From: Bacteroidota bacterium
GTDB taxonomy: Bacteria; Bacteroidota; Bacteroidia; Cytophagales; Flexibacteraceae
NCBI GenBank assembly: GCA_040388605.1
Contig: JAZKBN010000052.1
Coordinates: 2,866 to 66,865, forward strand
DNA length: 64,000 bases
Direction: 5' to 3'
This document shows, piece by piece, positions 55,469-64,000 of this stretch. Under the pieces are notes generated by a model, which did not search any database, was not told the origin of the DNA, and saw only the letters and a list, made by a program, of their open reading frames with translations. Made by a program: the position numbers and the translations under genes. Position 1 is the stretch's first letter. Every line of letters begins with the position of its first letter.

Positions 55469-56242
55469 CTACGACGCCTTCCGCTTTTCCTCCAAACTGG
55501 CTTTCAGCTGCGCCATCAGGTCTGTTGATTTGGCTGTGCTGATATGCTTTTCGGTGGCAACGGGTTTTTTGCCTTTCGCTTTGGCTTTTATGTGTTTCAG
55601 CAATTCCTCGGTATAGGTATCTTTAAACTGCTCTGGCTTGAATTTGCCGCTGTAGTTTTCTATCAGCTTAATGGCCATTTCAAGTTCCTGTCCCTTGGGC
55701 ATGGTGCGGCCCGGCAGCTCCAAATCGTTCGCCGAACGAATTTCATCGTTATAACGTATGCGGTTCAGGAGCAATACATTATCGAGGGCCTTCAGTATGG
55801 CAATATGTTCGCGTTCCCGCATTACATACTGCACAACGCCTACCTTGCCGCTTTTTCGCAGTGCTTCACGCAACAGGCCGTAGCTGCGCGCGCCGCCTTT
55901 ATCGGGTTCCAGGTAATAGGGCTGCTCGTAGTATATAGGGTCTATCTCGGTTTCATCCACAAACTCGAGTATTTCAAGCGTTTCGCTTTTTTTGGCAGAT
56001 GCTGCCTTAAAATCATCATCGCTGAGCACTATATACTTATCGTCGAGCTTATAGGCTTTAACAATATCGGCCCATTCAACCTCTTTGCCGGTTTTTTCGT
56101 TTACACGCAGGAAACGTATTTTTTCCTCGTCGCGCTTATCAAGCATATCAAGGTCTATGCGGCTTTCACCGGTGGCAGTGTACATTTTTACAGGCACATT
56201 CACCAGCCCGAAACCGATTGCCCCCTTCCAGATTGATTTCAT
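55469..56242 (-). CDS. ku: Ku protein (non-homologous end joining)
   Basis: MKSIWKGAIGFGLVNVPVKMYTAT is the canonical bacterial Ku N-terminus. Basic C-terminal tail. I prefer the ATG at 56242. Confidence 0.95.
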   Translation of the reverse strand: MKSIWKGAIGFGLVNVPVKMYTATGESRIDLDMLDKRDEEKIRFLRVNEKTGKEVEWADIVKAYKLDDKYIVLSDDDFKAASAKKSETLEILEFVDETEIDPIYYEQPYYLEPDKGGARSYGLLREALRKSGKVGVVQYVMREREHIAILKALDNVLLLNRIRYNDEIRSANDLELPGRTMPKGQELEMAIKLIENYSGKFKPEQFKDTYTEELLKHIKAKAKGKKPVATEKHISTAKSTDLMAQLKASLEEKRKAS

Positions 56243-56467
56243 TTTTTTGGCGTTTATATGCCGGTTAAGCTTCAAAAAATCTGCCGGCAGAAGCACGGCC
56301 TGCAAATGGGTAAGGGCTTGCGCAGGGGGCGGTATTATATTATTGCCGGTAAGGGCGGCAGGGTTGCTGCATTTGTTAAAGGCTCTGCATTGTTTTGTTT
56401 ACCAAATGCCTGTAAAAACATACATAAGGGCATAAGGCTTTGCAAAAATTCATAACTTGCCGATGTC

Positions 56468-57802
56468 ATGAAACACCTGCCCATAGCCCCCGCATTGTTT
56501 ATTCATAACCGCAAGCTGCTCGCCGATAAGCTGGCGCCGCGCAGCATTGCCATTATAAATTCAAACGACATACTCCCCACTTCGGCCGACGGCACCATGC
56601 CCTTCCGCCAGAATGCCGATATGTTTTGGACCACCGGTGTAGACCAGGAAGAAACCATTCTCATGCTCTTCCCCGATGCCCCCGAACCCAAGTTGCGCGA
56701 GATACTTTTCCTGCGTGAAACCAGCGAAAAAATTCTCACCTGGGAAGGCTACAAGCTCAGCAAAGAGCAGGCCCGTGAAGCCACCGGCATAGAAACCATT
56801 TTCTGGACCACGGAGTTCGATGCCGTGTTCCGCCGCATGATGGCAGAGGCCGATAATATTTACCTGAATACCAACGAGCACATTCGTGCCGATGTGGTGG
56901 TTGAAACCCGCGATGCCCGTTTCCTGGATCGCTGTAAAAAGCAGTTCCCGCTGCATAATTACAAACGCCTGGCCCCCATCATGACGCAGCTGCGCATGGT
57001 GAAATCTGAGTTCGAGGTGCAGCAACTGCGCGAGGCATGCCGCATTACCGGGCTGGCCTTCCGCCGCCTGCTTGAGCGCATGCAGCCGGGTATGTATGAG
57101 TTCGAAGCCGAGGCCGAGTTTACCTATACTTATATCCGCAACCGCAGCAAAGGGCATGCTTACGACCCTATTTTTGCATCCGGGGCAAATACCTGCATTC
57201 TGCACTACATTGAAAACAGCCGCGTTTGCGAAGACGGTACCCTTATTCTTATAGACGCCGGTGCAGAATATGCCAACTACAATGCCGATATGACCCGCGT
57301 TATTCCGGTAAACGGCAAATTCACACCCCGGCAAAGGCAGGTTTACGAAGCCGTTCTGCGTGTGCATAAGGCTGCTATAAAAATGCTGGTTCCCGGCACC
57401 CGCTTCGCCGATTACATAAGGGCCGTGGCCGAGCTTACCAATAAAGAATGTATAGGCCTGGGCCTCTATACCGCCGAGGACGTTAAAAAGCAGGATCCTG
57501 AAAACCCGCTGTATCGCAAGTACTTTATGCACGGCGTAAGCCACCACCTGGGTCTGAACGTGCATGATGTGAGCAGCTTCTATACCGATATGAAAGCCAG
57601 CATGGTGCTTACTGTTGAGCCCGGCATTTACATTTGGGAAGAAGGCATTGGCATTCGAATAGAAAACAACGTACTGATAACCGAAACCGGGCAGGAAGAC
57701 CTGATGGCCGATATTCCCATTGAAGCAGATGAGATTGAAGCCATTATGGCATCAGCCAGGTTAAACGGGGTTAGCAGCAATAAAGCCGAAGCGCTTGCAT
57801 AA
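56468..57802 (+). CDS. pepP: Xaa-Pro aminopeptidase (M24B) with aminopeptidase-P N-terminal domain
   Basis: [30 protein letters not shown], and [12 protein letters not shown] metal-ligand motifs. Confidence 0.9.
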   Translation: MKHLPIAPALFIHNRKLLADKLAPRSIAIINSNDILPTSADGTMPFRQNADMFWTTGVDQEETILMLFPDAPEPKLREILFLRETSEKILTWEGYKLSKEQAREATGIETIFWTTEFDAVFRRMMAEADNIYLNTNEHIRADVVVETRDARFLDRCKKQFPLHNYKRLAPIMTQLRMVKSEFEVQQLREACRITGLAFRRLLERMQPGMYEFEAEAEFTYTYIRNRSKGHAYDPIFASGANTCILHYIENSRVCEDGTLILIDAGAEYANYNADMTRVIPVNGKFTPRQRQVYEAVLRVHKAAIKMLVPGTRFADYIRAVAELTNKECIGLGLYTAEDVKKQDPENPLYRKYFMHGVSHHLGLNVHDVSSFYTDMKASMVLTVEPGIYIWEEGIGIRIENNVLITETGQEDLMADIPIEADEIEAIMASARLNGVSSNKAEALA

Positions 57803-57804
57803 GC

Positions 57805-58245
57805 ATGATAACAGCCGTTAAAGTAATTAATACATCGGGCCACGCGTTGCCTGAATACGCCACCGCCCTCAGCGCAGGCCTCGATTTGCGGGCAAGCCTT
57901 CCCGAACCAATAACCCTGCAATCTTTGCAGCGCGCACTTATACCCACAGGGCTGCGCATAGAATTGCCGCCCGGACTAGAAGCGCAGATTCGTCCGCGCA
58001 GTGGTTTGGCCCTCAAGCATGGCCTTACCGTGCTCAACAGCCCCGGTACCGTAGATGCAGATTACAGGGGCGAGATTAAAGTGCTGCTCGTAAACCTGAG
58101 CGCCGAGCCTTTTACCGTGCAGAACGGCGAACGCATTGCCCAAATGGTAATTGCCCGCCATGAAAGCATACAATGGCATGAAACCGAAGCCCTCGGCGAA
58201 ACAGAGCGGGGTACAGGCGGCTACGGCAGCACAGGCAGACATTAA
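57805..58245 (+). CDS. dut: dUTP diphosphatase
   Basis: [17 protein letters not shown], and C-terminal [10 protein letters not shown] motifs. Length 146 aa. Confidence 0.95.
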   Translation: MITAVKVINTSGHALPEYATALSAGLDLRASLPEPITLQSLQRALIPTGLRIELPPGLEAQIRPRSGLALKHGLTVLNSPGTVDADYRGEIKVLLVNLSAEPFTVQNGERIAQMVIARHESIQWHETEALGETERGTGGYGSTGRH

Positions 58246-58248
58246 TTA

Positions 58249-58282
58249 TTGGCCGGGACATTGTTCCGGCCAATTGCTTTTT
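58249..58282 (+). terminator. Rho-independent terminator after dut
   Basis: ttggccgg-(9 nt)-ccggccaa, followed by ttgcttttt. Confidence 0.65.
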
Positions 58283-58475
58283 AGCTGTTACTGTTACTTA
58301 TGGCACTTATAAAGAAACTGCTTTTTCAACCCTGTTTTTTGCAGGTTTGTTGGCATAATTGAGCCGGCGCTTTTTGCAACTGCCTGCAATGCAACCTTCG
58401 GAGGTATAATAAGCAGCGCAGTTGATTTAAACGCTAGTAAACAAACCCATGCTCTGCCGGTTTATTGTTCATCGG

Positions 58476-60593
58476 CTATTCTTTAATAAGCCTTAAAAGG
58501 TTTTGGCCCGCCCTTACCTGGTAAATGCCGGCAGGCAGGTGTTGCAGGTTTATATCATAGCCGTTATAGTTGTCGGTTTTATATATATTCTGCCCATGCA
58601 TATTAATAATGCTTAAATCGGTACCGGGTTTTAGGCCTGTCACCCTGAAAACCTGCTGAACAGGGTTCGAAACAATGGATATGGCCGTGTTGTTAATTTT
58701 TTCAACACCCGTAACAATATAAGGAGGTGAAGGCAGCGAAACGCAGAATCGGGCATCGAAATATGTAACCGTATAGCTGCCGGGCCCCTGTGAATTCATA
58801 GTGCTTTCATTTTGGCCTGAAAGGAGCGTATTGTTTTTATACCATTGGTAAGCCTGCCCCGTGGCGTTTTCTGCTACAAGGGTATTGCCGTTTAAAGATA
58901 TGGTTGTGGCCGGCGGCCTGAGATAAACATTAGCTACCACATAATTAGAAATTGCGCTTGTGCAGCTTGCATCGCGGGTGCGAACAAAATAGCGGCCCAG
59001 CGTGTGTACATAAATCTCCTGCGCAGTATCGCCGTTGCTCCAAAGGTTACCGATAGCAACTGAAGATGTAAGTTTCAGGCTGTCGCCTGAACAAAAGCTT
59101 GTGGGGCCCCCTGCGGTAATAACCGGGGTACTGTCCTGGCTTACAATTACATTAACCGGGTCGCTTTCGGCGGTGGTGCAGCCTGCTATTACAAGGCGCA
59201 GGCTAAATATTCCTGAATGCGAGGTACTGACCGTTTTTGCCCTGCTGCCATCAGACCACAGGTAGCCTTCCGGGCCCTGCCTGAGCACAACTTTCCTGAC
59301 CTTGAAATTGTAAATATCGCCTACGTAATAATTCCCGTTATTATCTGAAGTAAGGCTGTAGGGGTGATCGAAACGGGCCACTCTGCCTTTGCCGTTTACA
59401 TAGCCAATGGCTGAGCCGCCGGCAATTGTGCTCACCATGCCGTTAATGCCGAGTATTCGCAGGCAAGCATTATCTATATCAGTAAATACATAATTGCCGT
59501 CCTGGTTAATGAAGAGGTTGTAAGGGCGTGCAAAGGAAGCTGTTAAAGCAGGCCCCTCTGCATGGCCGGTTGCGCCTGAGCCGGCAATGGTGCTTACAAT
59601 GCCTGCCGGGGTAATTTTCCTGATACGGTTATTGCTCATGTCGCAGACAATAAGGTTGCCGGCCGCGTCTGCTTTAACATCGGTGGGGCTTAAAAACTGT
59701 GCGCTGTCGGCATTGCCGTCCCTGAAGCCGCTTCCTGTTTTTCCGGCAACGGTGCTTACAATGCCGTCGGTGCTTATTTTCCTTATCCGGCTGCCGGTTA
59801 GTTCAGCCACGTAAATATTACCGGCGGCATCACGGCAAATGCCTCTGGGACCGCTGAATTTTGCGCTTGCAACCGGGCCGTCGGTATAGCCGGCAGTTGA
59901 GCCGGCAATGGTGGTTACGGTGCCGTCCTGCAGAACCTTACGTATGCGGTTGTTCAGGTAATCTGCAACGTATAAAATACCGTTTGCATCTATACCCAGG
60001 TTAGAAGGTGAAGCAAACCGGGCTGCTGCTCCCGTGCCGTCGGCAAAGCCGGTGGCACCGCTGCCCGCAATGGTGCTCACTATGCCGGTGGGTGTAATTT
60101 TCCTGATGGTATGGCTGCCCATATCCGACACAAAAACATTCCCGGCCCCGTCGCAGGCCACGCCTGCAGGCGTTGAAAACTGCGCCAGCGCCGCCGATCC
60201 ATCGGCATAACCCTGTGCATTACCGCCATAAGTGCTTACAAGTGTATCGGTATTAAAAACAGGGGGCGAAAGCGTAATGCTGCCGCCTGTGCAAAACCTT
60301 AAAGGCCCCGATGCCCTGATTACAGGCTTTTCGCAGGGCGTAACCGCTGATGTTCTTAGGGCGGCTATGCTTGAAACTTTACCGCTCTTTAAATTTACTG
60401 CGCCACAGGGTACATATATCACGTTTTTATTTTTAGTTCCCTTTAATTGCTGCCCCGGGCTTTCAGTATTAGCGTTTGCGGAAACCCGGCCTGTGTTGTT
60501 GCCGATCATGGGAATATCAGCAGCTGTAAGTGCCTGCAGCAAACCGTTTAAGCTTAGGTAAACGGCAAATAAGAGAATGGAAAATCTTTTCAT
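58476..60593 (-). CDS. Secreted NHL-repeat beta-propeller protein with Ig-like modules and T9SS C-terminal sorting domain
   Basis: Signal peptide. About six repeats of ~47 aa of the form VSTIAGSGATGFADG…A.F..P..…D..GN.YV.D..N.RIRKI. The C-terminal tail …VFRVTGLKPGTDLSIINMHGQNIY…GIYQVRAG is T9SS-type. Confidence 0.8.
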   Translation of the reverse strand: MKRFSILLFAVYLSLNGLLQALTAADIPMIGNNTGRVSANANTESPGQQLKGTKNKNVIYVPCGAVNLKSGKVSSIAALRTSAVTPCEKPVIRASGPLRFCTGGSITLSPPVFNTDTLVSTYGGNAQGYADGSAALAQFSTPAGVACDGAGNVFVSDMGSHTIRKITPTGIVSTIAGSGATGFADGTGAAARFASPSNLGIDANGILYVADYLNNRIRKVLQDGTVTTIAGSTAGYTDGPVASAKFSGPRGICRDAAGNIYVAELTGSRIRKISTDGIVSTVAGKTGSGFRDGNADSAQFLSPTDVKADAAGNLIVCDMSNNRIRKITPAGIVSTIAGSGATGHAEGPALTASFARPYNLFINQDGNYVFTDIDNACLRILGINGMVSTIAGGSAIGYVNGKGRVARFDHPYSLTSDNNGNYYVGDIYNFKVRKVVLRQGPEGYLWSDGSRAKTVSTSHSGIFSLRLVIAGCTTAESDPVNVIVSQDSTPVITAGGPTSFCSGDSLKLTSSVAIGNLWSNGDTAQEIYVHTLGRYFVRTRDASCTSAISNYVVANVYLRPPATTISLNGNTLVAENATGQAYQWYKNNTLLSGQNESTMNSQGPGSYTVTYFDARFCVSLPSPPYIVTGVEKINNTAISIVSNPVQQVFRVTGLKPGTDLSIINMHGQNIYKTDNYNGYDINLQHLPAGIYQVRAGQNLLRLIKE

Positions 60594-60940
60594 GACAAAA
60601 CAAAGTACCGTAAATTTTCAGAAAAACAGTATAGCTATAGGAAAATTTCAATGCTTCCGGCTTTTAACTTTAACAGCCGCTTGGTCTTTGGCTTATTTGA
60701 TTGTGTTTTCACAAGCCCGGTACCTGCAATGCGCCCGGCCGATTAATGTATTAAAAACCGGCTTTAATTTAATTGCAAAATATAATTAAACCTATTGCGC
60801 ACTCAATACCTGCCCTGATTTTCAGTACTTAAAATTGGCTTTTATTAATAAATTAACCTGTCTTAAATGTGCCTTAGAAAAAAAGGCCTTACTTGCGGCC
60901 TCAAGCAGGGTCTAAGCTTTGCGGGCCCGCCGAAACGAAC

Positions 60941-61753
60941 ATGACGTTCTATATTTTACTTTTTCTTACCGGTCTTCTCGGCGGCTTCATCGGCGGACTC
61001 ATAGGCGTAGGCGGCGGCATCATTTTCATTATTATTTTACCCCAGGCCCTAACCCACCTTGGCGTTCAGCCTGCAGAGCTGGCCCAGTACCAGATTGCAA
61101 ACTCGCTGGTCGCTATGATGGCAGCTTCCTTTTCGGCCAACTATACGCATATAAAAGGGAAAAATTTTTGGCCGAAGCAAATTGTCAGCATATCGGTTAC
61201 GGCAATGCTTACCGGGCTGCTTACCCAGTACTATATTGTTAATACCCCCTATTACGACAAAACCACTTTCAACATAATCATTCTCATATTGCTGGGCTAT
61301 ATGGTTTTAAGAACCATTATGTTTGCCCGCAGCCCCGGTACTGCGCAGCCCGGCGATATACCTGCATATAAGCTCAGCCTGGTGGGCCTTGTAAGCGGGG
61401 TGGTAACATCGCTTTCGGGCCTGGGAGGGGGAATTATTATTATTCCGCTGCTGAATACCGTTTTTAAATTACCGGTTACCGCGGCGCAGAGCATCAGTAT
61501 GGGCACAATTGGTATTATGGCAACGGCAGTATCAATAGGCAATGTATTTGCCCACCCGGCAGGGCCGCATATTGCAGGGAGCTACGGGTATATTGTTTTG
61601 CCGGTGGCTTTGCCTCTGGCTTTTGGGGTTGCGCTTACTTCTTCTTTGGGCGTTACAACTTCTAAAAAACTGCCTTCTCATGTAATCAGCTATACTTTCT
61701 CTGCCTTTATAATGCTTACCATTCTTAAAACCATTTGGGAGCTTGTGAAGTAA
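60941..61753 (+). CDS. TauE/SafE-family sulfite/anion exporter
   Basis: Gly-rich TM helices (LLGGFIGGLIGVGGGIIFI and LSGLGGGIIIIPLL), repeated in two halves. I prefer the ATG at 60941. Confidence 0.85.
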   Translation: MTFYILLFLTGLLGGFIGGLIGVGGGIIFIIILPQALTHLGVQPAELAQYQIANSLVAMMAASFSANYTHIKGKNFWPKQIVSISVTAMLTGLLTQYYIVNTPYYDKTTFNIIILILLGYMVLRTIMFARSPGTAQPGDIPAYKLSLVGLVSGVVTSLSGLGGGIIIIPLLNTVFKLPVTAAQSISMGTIGIMATAVSIGNVFAHPAGPHIAGSYGYIVLPVALPLAFGVALTSSLGVTTSKKLPSHVISYTFSAFIMLTILKTIWELVK

Positions 61754-61965
61754 TATATACTATTGCCTGCCCGTTAATACATTACAATGCCCAAACCTAT
61801 TCAGGTGTGCGCATGATAGCCCGGTAAAGCCCTGTCTCATTTATTTTCAGGTTCAGCGCTTACACAAAGGCTCTTTTCAGAATTAACAACAGTAATGCCC
61901 TTGTTTAAGAATTTGCAGCTTTCAGGCTGCAGGCGTAAATTTGGGAACCAATACCTAAGCTATCT

Positions 61966-62730
61966 GTGAAAAAGCTACCTGTTTTTCTTATTGTTTTCCT
62001 TTTCCTCGTAACGTCGGCTATTGCCCAAAAGGCCAAAATCCGCTTCGAGAAAACCGTGCATGATTTCGGCCAGATTGTTGAAAAGGGCGGAAACCGTAAC
62101 TACCGGTTCATATTTACCAATACAGGCGATGTACCCGTAGTTATTACCAAGGTTATTGCCAGCTGCGGCTGCACAACCCCCGGCTGGACACGCGAAGTTA
62201 TTGAACCCGGCAAAACCGGTTTCGTAAACGTAAGCTATAACCCTACAGGCCATGTGGGGCCCCTGGAGAAAACCGTTACAGTTATCAGCAACGCCCAGCC
62301 CGAGCTGCTGCTTATTAAAGGTGAAGTGGTATCTGTTGACCTGGCTCCCGTGCCCCTGCCCGATGAGTACATACAGTATTTCCCCTATAACAAAAACGTT
62401 ATCCTGGCATCAGATTCGGCCTTCAGCACCTTTGTGAAGAAGCTGTTGCCGCGTATAGATAAAACCGGCGTGCTCAATATTGCCATAGAAAGCAGCGCAT
62501 CGCATGTGCCTACCAAGAAATACAAAACCAACGAAATTCTTACCGAAACCCGCGCCGAAGAGGCCAAGGAAAAAATGATTGAGGTGCTAACCAAAAAGGG
62601 TGTCGACCGGGCAAGGCTGAATTTTGAAACGTCAAAAACCCTGATTCAGGGCCCGGCCTACCGCAAAGACAGTAAAGAAAATATGGACGAGTACGAAAAA
62701 TACCAATACATACGCATTACCGTTTTATAA
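61966..62730 (+). CDS. DUF1573-domain protein with an extra C-terminal domain
   Basis: Signal peptide, then FEKTVHDFGQI…FTNTGDVPVVITKVIASCGCTTP (DUF1573 signature). GTG start. Confidence 0.8.
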   Translation: MKKLPVFLIVFLFLVTSAIAQKAKIRFEKTVHDFGQIVEKGGNRNYRFIFTNTGDVPVVITKVIASCGCTTPGWTREVIEPGKTGFVNVSYNPTGHVGPLEKTVTVISNAQPELLLIKGEVVSVDLAPVPLPDEYIQYFPYNKNVILASDSAFSTFVKKLLPRIDKTGVLNIAIESSASHVPTKKYKTNEILTETRAEEAKEKMIEVLTKKGVDRARLNFETSKTLIQGPAYRKDSKENMDEYEKYQYIRITVL

Positions 62731-62958
62731 GCTGCAAATTAAGACTTTATAAGCCTGTACCGTGGCAGTTTACAGCTACCTGTACCAGCTTATTATTTTT
62801 GCCGATACCGGGTTTTGCACCGGCAATACAATAAAAAACTAACTTGCGCTTCCTGCAGCGCTTCGGCCGAAGCAAAGGGACCGCTGTTTCGGTTCGTAAA
62901 CCTGATCAGCGGCTTACAATGTTTGGCTTAAACGTATTATTCAAGGCAGAACGCATAC

Positions 62959-64000
62959 ATGCTATACTATCTTTTCGGCTGGCTCGATAAGCACATGGAC
63001 CTCGTGGGCGCCGGTGTTTTCCGCTATATATCTTTCCGGGCAGTGTCGGCCATTATAGTGGCCCTGCTTGTAACCTCGGTATTCGGCAAAAACTTTATTG
63101 ACTATTTACGCCGCAAGCAGGTTGGCGAAACCATTCGCGATCTCGGCCTTGCCGGCGAAACTGCCAAAAAAGGCACTCCCACTATGGGCGGGCTTATTAT
63201 TATTACCGGCATTTTGCTCCCTGTCCTGCTATTCTGCCGGCTCGATAATATCTATATTATCCTGATGGTGGTAAGCACCATCTGGATGGGCTTCATCGGT
63301 TTTCTTGATGATTATATAAAGGTATTTAAACACGATAAAGCCGGCCTGAAAGGCATTTTTAAAGTGGTTGGGCAGGTTGGCCTGGGCCTGATTGTAGGCC
63401 TCACCCTGCATTTTAACGACAGTGTGCGTGTGCGCGAGTTTATGGGCAGGCACCTGAGCGTAAACTCTACTCAAAATGAAAACTTTGCCGCCAAGCTCGA
63501 TAATGCCGCCCGTACATCTTTCGTTTACGAAGACAGGCACAGCAGTGTAACCACCCTGCCGTTCTACAAAAACAATGAGCTTGACTACAGCCGCCTGTTC
63601 TCTTTCCTCGGCGAGGATTTAAGCTGGATTGGCTATGTGCTCATAGTCATTTTCATAATTACCGCCGTAAGCAACGGCGCCAATATTACCGATGGTATCG
63701 ACGGGCTCGCGGCAGGTACCTCGGCCATTATAGGGCTTACCCTGGGCATACTGGCTTACGTATCTGGCAACGTAATTTTCAGCGAGTACCTGAATATTAT
63801 GTACATACCTGATTCAGGTGAGCTTGTGATTTTCTGTGCCGCCTTCGTAGGGGCCTGCATTGGCTTCTTATGGTACAACAGCTTCCCTGCCCAGGTTTTT
63901 ATGGGCGACACCGGCAGCCTGAGCATAGGCGGCATTATTGCCGTTTTGGCCCTGAGCATACGTAAAGAGCTGCTTATACCGGTTCTATGCGGTATTTTCC
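62959..64000 (+). CDS. mraY: Phospho-N-acetylmuramoyl-pentapeptide transferase, 3' end outside the window
   Basis: This ORF is absent from the supplied track because it has no stop in the window. My own translation gives [12 protein letters not shown]…[10 protein letters not shown]…FLDDYIKV…[15 protein letters not shown]…[13 protein letters not shown]. The frame is open to position 64000. Confidence 0.9.
   Translation, partial: MLYYLFGWLDKHMDLVGAGVFRYISFRAVSAIIVALLVTSVFGKNFIDYLRRKQVGETIRDLGLAGETAKKGTPTMGGLIIITGILLPVLLFCRLDNIYIILMVVSTIWMGFIGFLDDYIKVFKHDKAGLKGIFKVVGQVGLGLIVGLTLHFNDSVRVREFMGRHLSVNSTQNENFAAKLDNAARTSFVYEDRHSSVTTLPFYKNNELDYSRLFSFLGEDLSWIGYVLIVIFIITAVSNGANITDGIDGLAAGTSAIIGLTLGILAYVSGNVIFSEYLNIMYIPDSGELVIFCAAFVGACIGFLWYNSFPAQVFMGDTGSLSIGGIIAVLALSIRKELLIPVLCGIF

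Noticed and set aside
56561-57565. Long antisense ORFs mirrored on known genes, for example 56561..57565 (334 aa) in pepP, 9742..10494 in rimO, 45659..46366 in mgtE, 12908..13504 in sdaAA and 49802..50485 in the ABC genes
   Set aside because: They lie fully inside confidently identified genes on the opposite strand. They have Gly/Ala/Arg/His-rich, domain-free translations typical of shadow frames in GC-rich coding DNA.
1-64000. Search for tRNA, rRNA, tmRNA, integrase, transposase, reverse-transcriptase or cas genes
   Set aside because: I saw no T-arm/cloverleaf candidates or rRNA-like conserved blocks in the intergenic regions. None of the long ORFs carries recombinase, RT or Cas motifs. Small RNAs cannot be excluded by eye.

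Overview
The window is a 64-kb chromosomal segment from a Bacteroidota genome, probably Sphingobacteriia- or Chitinophagia-like. The phylum call is an inference from T9SS C-terminal sorting domains, DUF1573/DUF3575-type proteins, frequent TTG starts without Shine-Dalgarno sites, and palindromic A/T-flanked terminators. I support about 57 protein-coding genes. I found no rRNA, tRNA, CRISPR array, integrase or transposase. Most genes are housekeeping: rimO, gltX, rsmA, mgtE, dut, pepP, mraY, feoAB, ndh, arcA, a bioF-like gene, sdaAA and a ku-ligD NHEJ pair. Small low-GC accessory islets sit between them. Seven observations stand out. (1) A low-GC two-gene cassette encodes a motif-complete EEP-superfamily nuclease/phosphatase and an unrecognisable 124-aa partner, wedged upstream of rsmA-mgtE. 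It is my best candidate for an undescribed toxin/immunity or defence-like module. (2) A 256-bp MITE-like insertion has perfect 17-bp terminal inverted repeats and a 9-bp target duplication, and it rewrites the 3' end of an acyltransferase gene. (3) The unusually long ku-ligD spacer holds 4.5 perfect tandem 15-mers plus a multi-stem element of about 103 nt. (4) A tandem family of TM2-domain lipoprotein genes has a decayed middle copy. (5) A YoeB toxin locus carries antitoxin-like genes on both sides. (6) A DUF1801 gene appears frameshifted. (7) A small ORF carries an in-frame stop. All functional calls rest on motif recognition by eye, and no database search was run.
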